A program made the translations under genes and the position numbers. Of a DNA stretch of 64,000 bases, positions 19,191-30,040 are shown in pieces (the stretch's first letter is position 1; every line of letters starts with the position of its first letter). The stretch comes from Desulfatiglandales bacterium (GTDB lineage: Bacteria; Desulfobacterota; DSM-4660; Desulfatiglandales; Desulfatiglandaceae), in assembly GCA_963662465.1 (NCBI GenBank), contig OY759599.1, positions 4,416,001 through 4,480,000 of the forward strand, in the 5' to 3' direction. The notes beneath the pieces are model-generated. The model was not told the DNA's origin, did not search any database, and worked only from the letters and a program-made list of their open reading frames with translations.

Positions 19191-20753
19191 TTGTGCAATG
19201 TATCCCGGTTTAGCGGGACAAGGAGAAATAAGGTGCCAAAACGAACACCGCGCTGGGTGGTTCTCAGCTGTTCGGCCCTCCTCATTTTGGCGATGAACGG
19301 CTGCATGGTTGGACCGACTTATCACCCGCCGGATGTCTCCGGTTATACGAAACAAAAATGGCAGGCGTCCTTTTTGGAAGGCAGCGGAGCGCTGGACGGG
19401 CAAGCGCAACCGATGACGGTCTGGTGGCGCCAATTCAAGGACCCGGAGCTGAGCGGCCTGGTCGAAAAGCTCGTTGGTTCCAACCTTGCTCTGGCCGAGG
19501 CCAGGCAACGGATTGTCGAAGCCCGCGCCCGCAGGGGAATCGTGAATGCCGAGCGCCTGCCCCGAATGGATTTGACGGCAGATTACTTCCGGGCAGGTAC
19601 CGGGAAAGAAGCCTTAACGTTCCAGGGACCGCCCCCGGGCGAACAGATAAATCTCTATGCGGCCGGCGCTGTTGCCGGATGGGAACTCGACTTGTGGGGT
19701 CGGGTGGCGCACCTCATTGAATCCGCCGACGCTCAAATTGAAATCGGTTATGCGGACTACCATGATATGATGGTCTCTTTGGCCGCCGAACTGACCCTGG
19801 CCTACATCGATGCCCGAACCCTTCAGGCCCGACTGGAGATGGTGCGCCGCAATATCGTCCTGCAGGAGAAAACCGTGGCACTCTTCGAAACTCGATACCG
19901 AGCGGGAAACGGCGCACAGCTGCCGGTCGTACAGGCCAAACGGCTGCTGGAAAGCACGCGGGCATTTATCCCGGAATATAAGCGCGCGTTGACGGCGGCG
20001 GAGAATCGAATCAATGTGTTGCTCGGAAAACCACCGGAGGCAAACATTCTCAAACCAGGACCGTTGCCGTCGGTACCCCCTCTCATCGGTATCGGGCTTC
20101 CGGTGGATCTTCTGGTGCGGCGGCCCGACATCCGCGGGGCCGAACGCCGGTATGCCGCTGCGGTGGCCCAAATCGGCGCTGCCGAGGCGGATCAATATGT
20201 CCGGCTTTCGCTTTCAGGTACGCTGAAACTGCAGACCGACACCGTCGGCGCGCTGCTGGGCAAAGACGCCATCGTCTACATGCTGAGCCCTGGCCTTCAA
20301 TTTCCACTTTTCTCCGGAGGCCGAATCCGCGGCAATATCCAGGTTCGCCAATCCCAGGCGGAACAGGCACGGCTTGCGCTCGAGCAAAAAATCCTTGAAG
20401 CGCTTGCCGAGGTCGAGAACGCCGCCTTCGGCGTGGTTCGAAGCCAGGAGCAGGTGATCAACTTGACAGCCGCACAAAAAGCCGCCCAACAGAGCGTCCA
20501 CCTGACCGATACCCTTTACAGGGCCGGGTTGGACAATTTTTTTCAGGTCATTGACGCCGAAGAAAAGCTCGTTGCCCTGCAGGAGGATCTTCTTCTGACC
20601 AGGCAGAAAGCGCTGGCCCAGGTGGTCCAGCTCTACAGAGCCCTGGGCGGCGGCTGGCAGGTTCTGGAATCCCCGGAAGGGGATGGCGCTTCAACGGTGG
20701 AAGCGCCATCCCCAAAACCCCATAACACGGAAAGTGGAGCCTCAGCACGATGA
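19191..20753 (+). CDS. Outer membrane efflux lipoprotein (NodT/OprM family)
   Basis: Lipobox NGCMVGP, WELDLWG, LLVRRPDIRGAE, LYRALGGGW. Confidence 0.93.
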   Translation: MCNVSRFSGTRRNKVPKRTPRWVVLSCSALLILAMNGCMVGPTYHPPDVSGYTKQKWQASFLEGSGALDGQAQPMTVWWRQFKDPELSGLVEKLVGSNLALAEARQRIVEARARRGIVNAERLPRMDLTADYFRAGTGKEALTFQGPPPGEQINLYAAGAVAGWELDLWGRVAHLIESADAQIEIGYADYHDMMVSLAAELTLAYIDARTLQARLEMVRRNIVLQEKTVALFETRYRAGNGAQLPVVQAKRLLESTRAFIPEYKRALTAAENRINVLLGKPPEANILKPGPLPSVPPLIGIGLPVDLLVRRPDIRGAERRYAAAVAQIGAAEADQYVRLSLSGTLKLQTDTVGALLGKDAIVYMLSPGLQFPLFSGGRIRGNIQVRQSQAEQARLALEQKILEALAEVENAAFGVVRSQEQVINLTAAQKAAQQSVHLTDTLYRAGLDNFFQVIDAEEKLVALQEDLLLTRQKALAQVVQLYRALGGGWQVLESPEGDGASTVEAPSPKPHNTESGASAR

Positions 20754-21817
20754 AACGAGTTCTCAAAAAGGTCATTCCAGCGGCTATGCTCATAGCGATC
20801 GGGATTTTGGGCGGCTGGTGGCTGTTCAAAATGGAGAAGCACAAATCCGAGACCGAAATTACGCTTTACGGCAATATCGATATCCGGAACGTGGCGTTGG
20901 CCTTTAACGAGACGGAGCGCATTACCGCGGTTTTGGTGGAAGAGGGCGATTGCGTCGAGCCGGGCCGGATTCTGGCGCGGCAGCAAACCAACCGCATGGA
21001 GGCCCAAATCAGGGAGATGCAGGCTCGGGTCGCCGCCCAGCAACAGGTGGTCAATCGCTTTAAAGCCGGTACCCGCCCGCAGGAGATTGACCAGGCACGG
21101 GCCGAGGTGAATGCCGCCAGGGTCAGGGCCGCAAATTCCAGACGGAATCTTGAGCGCATCCGGAAAACGGCGGGAACCGGGGCCACGAGTCGGCAAGCCG
21201 AGGACGATGCCCGAGCACAGACCGATGTGGACGATGCCCAGCTCAAGGTGAAGGAAAAGGCCCTCAACCTGGCGCTGGAGGGACCTCGAAAAGAAGATAC
21301 GGCCGCCGCCGAAGCAACGCTTGCGTCCCTCAAGGCTTCGCTTATGCTCTTGAATATAAGGCTTGCGGATATGACCCTGACGGCGCCGGCCACGGGTGTG
21401 ATCCAGAACCGGATACTGGAACCGGGAGATATGGGGGGCCCTACCCGACCGGTGTTCACGCTGGCGTTGATCAATCCCAAGTGGGCTCGGGCTTATGTGC
21501 CGGAGCCGGATCTGGGCCTCATTCATCTGGGCATGAAAGCCGGGATACTGAGCGATTCGTTCCCGGATCGCACCTTTGAAGGTTGGATCGGCTTTATTTC
21601 CCCCGTCGCCGAATTTACACCGAAGACCGTGGAGACCACGGATTTGCGGACTAAGCTGGTGTATGAAGTCAGGGTATACGTACACGATCCCAAAGATCTG
21701 CTCCGTCTGGGAATGCCGGTCACGGTCATCGTGAAAAAAACCGTTTCGGACACCCCCTCCCGACAGGGAAACGCCGCGCCTCCCAAGACATCCGCACCGG
21801 CCGATGCCGATGACTGA
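20750..21817 (+). CDS. HlyD-family periplasmic adaptor (YbhG-like)
   Basis: YGNIDIR, ISPVAEFTPKTVET.DLRT.LVY, LRLGMPVTV. Confidence 0.93.
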   Translation: MKRVLKKVIPAAMLIAIGILGGWWLFKMEKHKSETEITLYGNIDIRNVALAFNETERITAVLVEEGDCVEPGRILARQQTNRMEAQIREMQARVAAQQQVVNRFKAGTRPQEIDQARAEVNAARVRAANSRRNLERIRKTAGTGATSRQAEDDARAQTDVDDAQLKVKEKALNLALEGPRKEDTAAAEATLASLKASLMLLNIRLADMTLTAPATGVIQNRILEPGDMGGPTRPVFTLALINPKWARAYVPEPDLGLIHLGMKAGILSDSFPDRTFEGWIGFISPVAEFTPKTVETTDLRTKLVYEVRVYVHDPKDLLRLGMPVTVIVKKTVSDTPSRQGNAAPPKTSAPADADD

Positions 21818-23666
21818 TCCCCTCGGTTCAGGAAAGACAGAGGGCGTTATGGAGAGGCAGTCCAGCCTACAGAGCGCGGCCGCGGCGGAGGTGGTGCTGG
21901 CGGTCCGGGACCTGAAAAAGGAATTTTCCGCCAGGAAGGGTCCCATGATTCGGGCCTTGCGCGGCGTTTCCATGGAAGCCCGCCGCGCACAGGTCACGGG
22001 ACTTGTGGGCGCGGACGGCGCCGGCAAAACCACCCTGATCCGCATGGCCGCGGGCCTCCTTGTTCCCACGGCCGGGTCCGTCACCGTCCTGGGGCTGGAC
22101 AGCGTGGCGCAAAGCATCGACATTCAGAGCCGTGTGGGCTATATGCCCCAGAAATTCGGCCTGTACCAGGACCTGACCGTGGCGGAGAACATGGCGTTGT
22201 ATGCCGATCTTCAAGGAGTGCCCCGCTCCGAGCGCAGTGAGCGCTACCGCCGTTTGCTCCATATGACCGGCCTCGGCGCGTATACCCGGCGCATGGCCGG
22301 TGCGCTTTCCGGCGGCATGAAGCAGAAGCTGGGGCTGGCCTGCTGCCTGATCAAATCGCCCGCCATGCTTTTATTGGATGAACCGACCGTGGGGGTGGAT
22401 CCGGTCTCGCGCAGGGAGCTGTGGACCATCGTCTATGAACTGATCGACAAAGACGGCATCGGCGTGTTGTTGTCAACCGCTTATCTGGACGAGGCGGAGC
22501 GATGCAGCCATATCATCGTATTGCATGAAGGCGCGGTGCTGGCCGAAGGAACACCCGGTCAATTCAAAGAGCGGGTGGCGGGCAGGGTGCAACTGGTAAC
22601 GCCGCCTCCGGGCATCAAACCCCGTCAGATACAGGCGCGCCTTGCGGGCAGGGTGCATATTGTGGATGCCACGATCCGTTCCGGTCGGGTGCGCGCCGTG
22701 AGCGATGCCGCCGCATCGCAAGTGGTGGCCGAGGCCCTGCCCGAGCCGTGGCGAGGCGGTATCCGGGAGACGCAGCCAACCTTCGAAGATGCATTTATGA
22801 CCATCATTCCGCACCCCGGCTTTCTGGAAGCCGACAGCGCCGGGCCCTCTTCCGGCGCAACAACCCCCGAAGCGGAAAAGGGCGTAAGCGAAAAAGGCGA
22901 ACAACCGATCGTCACAACCCGTGATCTGCAGAAGTTTTTCGGTCAGTTCGAGGCGGTCAAACGACTTACTTTCGAAGTACGGCGCGGTGAGATATTCGGC
23001 CTGCTGGGCCCCAACGGCGCCGGGAAAAGCACCACCTTCCGAATGCTGTGCGGACTGTTGAAAGTCAGTGCCGGGGAGATCAGCGTGGCCGGGCATGATT
23101 TACGTCGCGCCAGCTCCCGTGCCCGCGCCAGCCTGGGATACATGGCCCAGCAGTTCTCCCTCTACGGCCAGCTCAGCGTAGAGGAAAACCTGCGGTTTTT
23201 CGGCAGGGCTTATGGCCTTGACGCCGATCGGCTCCGTCTTCGGCTGGAATGGGCCTTTTCGGAATTCGGGCTCGGAAAGTGGCGCGACAATGCCGCAGGC
23301 AGCCTCCCTGGGGGTTATAAACAACGCCTGGCCATGGCCGCGGCCCTGCTGCACGATCCGGATATTCTCTTCCTGGACGAACCGACCTCCGGGGTGGATC
23401 CTTTTGCCCGGCGGGAGTTCTGGCTCAGGATAAATAATTTTGCCGAAAAGGGGGTTACCGTGGTGGTGACGACCCATTTCATGGAAGAATCCGAGTACTG
23501 CGACCGGATGTTGATCATGAGCCGGGGGGAAGCGCTGGCCATGGGCACGCCGACGGAAATCCGGGCATTGGCCCGTTCGGAGAAAAACCCCGAGCCGACC
23601 ATCGAAGATGCGTTCATCGCCCTGGCGGAAGGCAGCCTTAGCGGCCATGCGGGGGCGTCAAAATGA
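21804..23666 (+). CDS. Dual-NBD ABC ATPase (YbhF-like)
   Basis: Two Walker A motifs (GADGAGKTT, GPNGAGKST) and two DEPT motifs. Confidence 0.93.
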   Translation: MPMTDPLGSGKTEGVMERQSSLQSAAAAEVVLAVRDLKKEFSARKGPMIRALRGVSMEARRAQVTGLVGADGAGKTTLIRMAAGLLVPTAGSVTVLGLDSVAQSIDIQSRVGYMPQKFGLYQDLTVAENMALYADLQGVPRSERSERYRRLLHMTGLGAYTRRMAGALSGGMKQKLGLACCLIKSPAMLLLDEPTVGVDPVSRRELWTIVYELIDKDGIGVLLSTAYLDEAERCSHIIVLHEGAVLAEGTPGQFKERVAGRVQLVTPPPGIKPRQIQARLAGRVHIVDATIRSGRVRAVSDAAASQVVAEALPEPWRGGIRETQPTFEDAFMTIIPHPGFLEADSAGPSSGATTPEAEKGVSEKGEQPIVTTRDLQKFFGQFEAVKRLTFEVRRGEIFGLLGPNGAGKSTTFRMLCGLLKVSAGEISVAGHDLRRASSRARASLGYMAQQFSLYGQLSVEENLRFFGRAYGLDADRLRLRLEWAFSEFGLGKWRDNAAGSLPGGYKQRLAMAAALLHDPDILFLDEPTSGVDPFARREFWLRINNFAEKGVTVVVTTHFMEESEYCDRMLIMSRGEALAMGTPTEIRALARSEKNPEPTIEDAFIALAEGSLSGHAGASK

Positions 23667-24796
23667 CGGCGCGCGCACTCTTTTTTATGCGTCTGTGGGG
23701 ATTTCTACGCAAGGAAATGCTCCAGATCCGACGTGATCCCAGCAGCATTGCCCTGGCCATTGTTCTGCCTCTGGTATTGCTTTTCATTTTTGGGTACGGG
23801 GTATCGCTGGATGCCGAGAACGTGCCCATTGCCATTGTACTCGACGACAACGGTCCGGCGGCCCGGCAGCTGGCTGCGCATTTTCATCTGTCCCCCTATT
23901 TCAAAGCCGACTACTTGAAATGCATGCCTGAAGCGATGGCTCTGCTCAACCGGGGGATCGTTGACGGCATTGTACACGTGCAGAGCGATTTTGCGTCCCG
24001 GCTGGATACGTGGCATCAAGCGCCGGTGCAACTGATTGTAAACGGCATCGATGCCAACCGTGCCCGCTTGACCCAGGGATATGCCCGGGGCGTGCTGCAA
24101 ACATGGACGGCAGTGCGTCGTGCGCAAGGTGAAGCGACGGCCGTCCCCGCCGTGGAGGTTACCCAACGGATCTGGTTCAACGAGGCGGCCGTCAGCCGGA
24201 ATTTTCTCGTGCCGGGACTCATCACCCTCATCATGACGCTGAGCGGAATCCTTTTGACCTCGCTGGTGGTGGCCCGCGAATGGGAACGGGGGACCATGGA
24301 GGCCATTCTGGTCACCCCGCTTCGCAGGATCGAACTGCTGCTGGGCAAGATATTGCCGTATTTTCTGCTGGGCATGCTGGGCATGGTTCTGTCCGTGGTG
24401 GTCGGCGCCACGCTTTTTCATGTACCGTTTCGTGGCTCCATGGGTGCGCTCATGGTATTGAGTGCGCTCTTCATGCTGGCTTCCATGGGTTTCGGGCTCT
24501 TCATATCGGCGGCCATTCGTGTCCAATTCGTGGCTGCCCAGATTTCCATTTTGGCGGGGTTTTTGCCCGCCTTATTTCTCTCGGGCCTTATTTTTGATCT
24601 GGAAAGCACCCCCGGCTTCATTCAAGTGATCAGCTATGTCGTCCCGGCACGATATTTCGTGACCATCAGTCATACCCTTTTCATGGCCGGCGATATCTGG
24701 CCGGTGCTGCTCCCCAACGCCCTGGCCCTGCTGGTCATGGCGGCGGTTTTTATCAGTCTCGCTTTTCGCAAAATCACCAAACGCCTGGAGGGTTGA
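23663..24796 (+). CDS. ABC-2 permease (YbhS-like)
   Basis: KEMLQIRRDPSS, AREWERGTMEAIL. Confidence 0.93.
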   Translation: MTARALFFMRLWGFLRKEMLQIRRDPSSIALAIVLPLVLLFIFGYGVSLDAENVPIAIVLDDNGPAARQLAAHFHLSPYFKADYLKCMPEAMALLNRGIVDGIVHVQSDFASRLDTWHQAPVQLIVNGIDANRARLTQGYARGVLQTWTAVRRAQGEATAVPAVEVTQRIWFNEAAVSRNFLVPGLITLIMTLSGILLTSLVVAREWERGTMEAILVTPLRRIELLLGKILPYFLLGMLGMVLSVVVGATLFHVPFRGSMGALMVLSALFMLASMGFGLFISAAIRVQFVAAQISILAGFLPALFLSGLIFDLESTPGFIQVISYVVPARYFVTISHTLFMAGDIWPVLLPNALALLVMAAVFISLAFRKITKRLEG

Positions 24797-25917
24797 TGGA
24801 CAGCGTACGTCGCATTATCGCCTTGATGGTCAAGGAATTCTCCATGGTCCTGAAGGATCCCAAGAGCCGCTTTGTCATCATCGGCCCGCCGTTGATCCAG
24901 TTTTTCCTTTTCGGATATGCAGCGACCTATGATGTCACAAATGTCCGCTACGCGGTGTTCGACGAGTCCCGTACGTCTGAATCCCGGGAACTTTTGTCCC
25001 GGTTTAAAGGATCCGGGCATTTCGAGCTGACAAAGACCCTCTTAAGCGAAAATGAGATCCCCCTGGTCATCAACAGCCAGGAGGACCGGCTGGTTATTCA
25101 CATCGGCCCCCGGTTCAGCCGCAACCTTCATACCGGCCAGGCGGCGAAGGTACAGGTCATCGTGGACGGCCGCAATTCCAACGTGGCCCTGATCGCCCTG
25201 GGGTACATCGGCGCCATTGTCGAACAGTACAATCAAACCCTCGTCGAGACGGGCGTGGTCACCCTAAACGGTCCCGGCGTCTTGCTGGTAGACCGACCCT
25301 GGTTTAACGCCAATCTCCAGAGCCGGTGGTACATCGTATCGGCGCTTGGCGGCATCATCAGCATGGTGGTCGTCATGATTCTCACCAGCCTTTCGGTGGC
25401 ACGGGAGCGCGAATTCGGTACGTTTGACCAACTGCTGGTCGCACCGTTCATGCCCGGCGAAATTCTCATCGGCAAATCTCTGCCCGCCATGTTCTTCGGT
25501 CTCATGGATGCGCTGATATTCTGCCTGGGTGCGGTTCATTGGTTCGGGGTACCGTTTCGCGGAACCGTAACGGCTCTCATCCTGGCCTTTTCGTGTTTCA
25601 TCATTACCATGGTGGGGGTGGGGTTGTTGATTTCGTCTCTTTCCATGACCATGCAGCAAGCGCTTCTCGGGTCCTTTATCTTCATGATGCCATCGGTCAT
25701 CCTTTCCGGTTTCGCCACTCCCATAAAGAACATGCCCAACTGGCTCCAGATCGGCACACTGATCAATCCCATGCGCCATATTATCATCGCACTGCGCAAT
25801 ATATTTCTGGAAGGCGCCGGGGCCGGATTAGTCTGGCCACAGATCTGGCCGCTTTTGCTGATCGCATTTTTCACACTGTCGCTGGCGGCGTGGCTGTTTC
25901 GGCACCGATCGCAGTGA
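24793..25917 (+). CDS. ABC-2 permease (YbhR-like)
   Basis: KDPKSRFVII, AREREFGTFDQLLVAP. Confidence 0.93.
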   Translation: MMDSVRRIIALMVKEFSMVLKDPKSRFVIIGPPLIQFFLFGYAATYDVTNVRYAVFDESRTSESRELLSRFKGSGHFELTKTLLSENEIPLVINSQEDRLVIHIGPRFSRNLHTGQAAKVQVIVDGRNSNVALIALGYIGAIVEQYNQTLVETGVVTLNGPGVLLVDRPWFNANLQSRWYIVSALGGIISMVVVMILTSLSVAREREFGTFDQLLVAPFMPGEILIGKSLPAMFFGLMDALIFCLGAVHWFGVPFRGTVTALILAFSCFIITMVGVGLLISSLSMTMQQALLGSFIFMMPSVILSGFATPIKNMPNWLQIGTLINPMRHIIIALRNIFLEGAGAGLVWPQIWPLLLIAFFTLSLAAWLFRHRSQ

Positions 25918-25984
25918 TCAGAGGAAATAGCCGAAAACCCTATTTTTTTGTGATGGAGGGATCAAATAACGATGAGATTCCGGT

Positions 25985-27451
25985 GTATAATCTTTTTTCC
26001 CGCTGTCACCGGCTTTACACAAGGTTCCAGCATGTCCGGCGACCTGAAAGACCCGGGGAAAATCCGGCCCCACCCACAACCCGCGCAGGGCGGTTCTCCT
26101 TTCGCTGATCATCGCCATTGCGACCATTGGGCTGGGCCGGCTCAATATCATCGCTCCGGTGGTATCGATGTTCTTCCTGATATCCTATGGGTTGCTCAAT
26201 TACGCCACCTATTATGAAGCCCGATCGGAGAGCCCTTCCTTCAGGCCCCGGTTTCGATGGTACCACAAAAATGTCAGTCTTATCGGCGGAGTGGCTTGTC
26301 TCGGCGCCATGATGACCATCGATGTGACGGCGGGGACCATTTCGACGGTCGTACTCTTTGCCATCTATCAGTACCTCAAGCGCACCTCGGGGCCCGCGCG
26401 TTGGGCGGACAGCCGGCGTGCCTATCACCTCCAGCAGGTCCGTGAACATCTTCTGGCGGCGGATGCGGACCCAGACCACCCCCGAAGCTGGCGCCCCCAT
26501 GTACTGCTGTTTTCCGACGATTCCAAACACCGTAAGCGGCTTTTCGACTTTGCATCCTGGGTTCAGGGCCAGAGCGGATTCACGACAGCGGTCCAAATTC
26601 TTGAAGGGCAAGGCGCTAAAATTCTCAAAGAAAAGAAGGCAACCGAAGACGACCTGCGAAAAGATATTCAGGAACACGGGATCGCCGCATTTCCCCTCGT
26701 GGTCGCGGCCCCGGATCTCATGATGGGCGCTTATTCCCTGATCCAGGCTTTCGGTGTCGGGCCCCTCAAAGCCAACACCATCCTGTTGAACTGGGTGGAA
26801 CAGACCCCTTCGGAAGACCTTGAAGAGCGCGAAAACCGGTTCGGCCGAAATCTGCGCATCGCCTATTCGCTCGGGCGCAATATTGTGATCCTTTGTGCCA
26901 AACACACCGCATGGGAAACTTTGAAAACAGTTCCCCGGGAAAACCGTCGCATCGACGTCTGGTGGTGGGGGGATGCCACCAGCCGGTTGATGCTCCTTTT
27001 TGCGTATATGATGACCAGGAGCAAAGAATGGGAAGACGCCAAGATCCGGTTGCCGGCAGTTTGCATGGCGCCGGAATCCGATGGAACCGTTCAGGAGATT
27101 CGCGACGTACTCGATGATATCCAGATCGATGCGGAGCCGGAAGTGGTCATCCAGCCGAGTGCCGCGGACGCCGCAACCGATTCCCGGAAAATGGCGCTTA
27201 AAAATGGAAAAGCGGCGGAAAAAGCCTCTGACAAAGCAGACAAAAAACTTCGGAAGGTGGAAGAGGCCGCGAGTTCCAAAACAGACCCCGAGGAACTCAA
27301 GGAACTGAAAGCTGAAGCCGATGCAGCCGAGAAACAGGCCCATGAAGCCGCCCGAAAGGCGGCCAAGGCGGCGGCAAAGGCTGAAGACGCTGCGAAAAAA
27401 GCCGAAGCGTCCGGCGCCCCACTTCCGGATACCCAGAAAAATTCCGCTTAG
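25985..27451 (+). pseudogene. Cation-chloride cotransporter (SLC12-like amino acid permease), 5'-truncated and internally deleted
   Basis: FFPAVTGFTQG..MSGDLKDPGK in one frame; LNIIAPVVSMFFLISYGLLNYA, SPSFRPRFRWY, WRPHVL, GPLKANTIL and IDVWW in another. Confidence 0.8.
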
Positions 27452-27874
27452 TCCAACGTCCTTTGCCCATACGCTACTTTCAGCTTTGAGTATTTGGTCT
27501 TTGCTTGAAATTTGTCAGATTCTTTTTTTTTATGACAGGTGCTTTTGAATTTCCAGTGATTTCTAATGGCGGAATTGAGGTGTGTTGTACAACGAGAGGG
27601 ATGATTAGTTTAATGAACTGCGAATTCTGTGGTTTCTTTGTTGATTGTTTATGAGCTGCCTCCCTTGGTTAATATCCTGGAAATGGCGGCAATGAAAATG
27701 TGCGTTTATTTTTCTGTCAATGTTTGTTATTCAAAATTCCAGGCTGAAGCTGTCAAATGTTTCGTGCCGGATCATCAACGAAAAAGGTAAAATCGATCCA
27801 TCTCTTTATATATCTCCGTGGAAGGAAGCGATCATGACAATACCATTGTCGAAACAGCTGATGTATTAGTTGTC

Positions 27875-30025
27875 CTATTGTTTTAGTATTATTCTGGCAT
27901 CTACAACATCGAGTCCTTTTTCATAAAGAAGAACCGGGTTCAGATCCATTTCTTCAATTTCGGGGTAGGATTCAATAATCTCAGAGCACATGGAAATAAG
28001 CTTTCTCAATGTTGCTTTATCATATCCTTTTTGACCCCGCACTCCGTCTAAAAGCACGGAAGACCGTGTATCCTCCAGCATTCTTTTACAGGAAACCGGA
28101 GAAACCGGTAACACCCAGAAGGTGACATCTTTCATAATTTCAACCATGATACCGCCCAACCCGTACATGATCACCGGTCCGAACTGCTCATCTATTTTGG
28201 TGCCGATGATAATTTCAAGACCCTTCTGGGCCATTGGTGTAACAAGGACACCCCGGATGTCTGCATCTGGATTATAGGCCTTGGCACTTTTAATAATCTG
28301 TTGAAAGCCTTCTTTTACCTCACTTTCCGAACTCAGATTTAACTTAACTCCGCGGGCATCGCTTTTGTGCAGGATATCGGGTGAAACAATCTTTAGTACA
28401 ACGCTCCCTTTATGTTCTTTATTTCCAATAATTTTGCTTGCCATGGCCCAGGCGTCATCCTGATTTTTAGCCACCTGGCCTACCGATGTTGAGGCGCCAT
28501 GCAGCTTGATCAACTGTTTTGCTTCATGTTCTAAAAGGACATGACGGCCTTCTTTTTGAGCATTTTCAATAATCTGCCGGCCTTCTTTTCTGGCCTTGGC
28601 CCGCCAGTTAAAGACAAAATTGGTTTTCATATGGTATGAATTTAAAAATTTTCCATATTTACAGAGCGATGCCACACACTTACAGGAAACATCCAGAGAA
28701 TCATGAACCGGAATATCATAATGCCGAAGCAGATCCAGCGCCCTGGAGTCATATGAACTATATAGAGAATGTACGAAAATCGGTTTGTGTCTTTTTTTTA
28801 CCATTGCTCCGAATCGATGGGCCGCGGCTTCCTCTCCAATGGCAAGGCTTTTTTCAAACCGGATGCCATATCCCCCAAAAAGCCCAACGACCAATAAACC
28901 ACCGACATTGGGATCATTGAGTATGATCTTGGCACAATCCGCAAACAGACTTGGATCAGAATCCGTACCGCCCGCCACATCGACAGGATTCACAACAGAT
29001 GCGGCTTCAGGCAGAATTTTCCTTAATTTTCCCTTTGTTTTATCAGACAATTCAGGCAAATCAATCCCATAATCACTCAAAAGATCCGAGGCAATGGTGG
29101 CATGACCTCCGCCATCGGCAAGAATGGCAATGGTATTGGTTTTAATAGGGGGTTGACTGGAAAGGGTCTCTGCCACCGGAAACAGCTCATCTGAATTTTC
29201 AATCACAATAATACCGGCCCGGCCATAGGCCCGATTTGATACTTCACTCATCCCGGCTAAAGAGCCGGTATGTGAACCTGCCGATTTTTTACCCGTGGCG
29301 GACCTTCCGCTCTTTAGAAGTATAATCGGTTTTTCAATACTTGTTTTGTGGGCCTCCTGTAAAAATTTTCGTCCTTCACTCATACCCTCAACATACATCA
29401 GGATGGCTTTGGTCTCCGGATCATTTCTGAAAAATTCAAGATATTCATGAAACTTGATATCTGATTCATTACCAACGCCGACATAGTAGGTAAACCCTTC
29501 GTGTTTGCGGATCGTCGCCTCCGTGATAAGCGTCAGCGCCATGTTTCCGCTTTGACACAGCAAAGCGATGTTCCCCCTGGGGGGATTTTGAATGCCCACA
29601 AGGTTCATATTGGTTTTAAGATTGATCATTCCGGACGTGTTTGGCCCGATTAACCTGACACCGGTCTGTTTTGCCACGGTGACCGCTTCAAGTTCAAGTT
29701 CCTTCCCTTTGGCGCCCAGCTCCCTGAAACCACCGGCTATAATAATGGCGCCGGCGACCTTTTTTTCACCGCATTTTCTTAAAATTCCCGGGATTGTCCC
29801 GGCAGGTGTTGTAATCAAAGCAAGGTCAATGGGGGCATCAATTTGTGTAATATCTTTATAGCAGTTAAGTCCTAATATTTTATCTTCTTTTGGGTTTACG
29901 GGATAAATGTCCCCTTCAAAACCACCTGCCAAAAGAGTTTTAATGGCCTGGTAGCCCCGCTTGGTTTTATTTTTTGATGCACCGATAATGGCTACGGATT
30001 TGGCGTTGAGTACTCTATCTAACAT
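27875..30025 (-). CDS. Acetate/acyl-CoA ligase (ADP-forming), fused alpha-beta
   Basis: SVAIIGAS, GPNTSG, SAGSHTGSLAG, ATP-grasp KIVSPDILHKSD, EMDLNPV. Confidence 0.93.
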   Translation of the reverse strand: MLDRVLNAKSVAIIGASKNKTKRGYQAIKTLLAGGFEGDIYPVNPKEDKILGLNCYKDITQIDAPIDLALITTPAGTIPGILRKCGEKKVAGAIIIAGGFRELGAKGKELELEAVTVAKQTGVRLIGPNTSGMINLKTNMNLVGIQNPPRGNIALLCQSGNMALTLITEATIRKHEGFTYYVGVGNESDIKFHEYLEFFRNDPETKAILMYVEGMSEGRKFLQEAHKTSIEKPIILLKSGRSATGKKSAGSHTGSLAGMSEVSNRAYGRAGIIVIENSDELFPVAETLSSQPPIKTNTIAILADGGGHATIASDLLSDYGIDLPELSDKTKGKLRKILPEAASVVNPVDVAGGTDSDPSLFADCAKIILNDPNVGGLLVVGLFGGYGIRFEKSLAIGEEAAAHRFGAMVKKRHKPIFVHSLYSSYDSRALDLLRHYDIPVHDSLDVSCKCVASLCKYGKFLNSYHMKTNFVFNWRAKARKEGRQIIENAQKEGRHVLLEHEAKQLIKLHGASTSVGQVAKNQDDAWAMASKIIGNKEHKGSVVLKIVSPDILHKSDARGVKLNLSSESEVKEGFQQIIKSAKAYNPDADIRGVLVTPMAQKGLEIIIGTKIDEQFGPVIMYGLGGIMVEIMKDVTFWVLPVSPVSCKRMLEDTRSSVLLDGVRGQKGYDKATLRKLISMCSEIIESYPEIEEMDLNPVLLYEKGLDVVDARIILKQ

Positions 30026-30040
30026 AAGCTGTTTCCTTTG

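Noticed and set aside
20633..22123. 496-aa minus-strand ORF, and similar long ORFs at 26015-27343, 50064-51101 and 56217-57185
   Set aside because: Each is antisense to a well-supported gene in GC-rich coding DNA.
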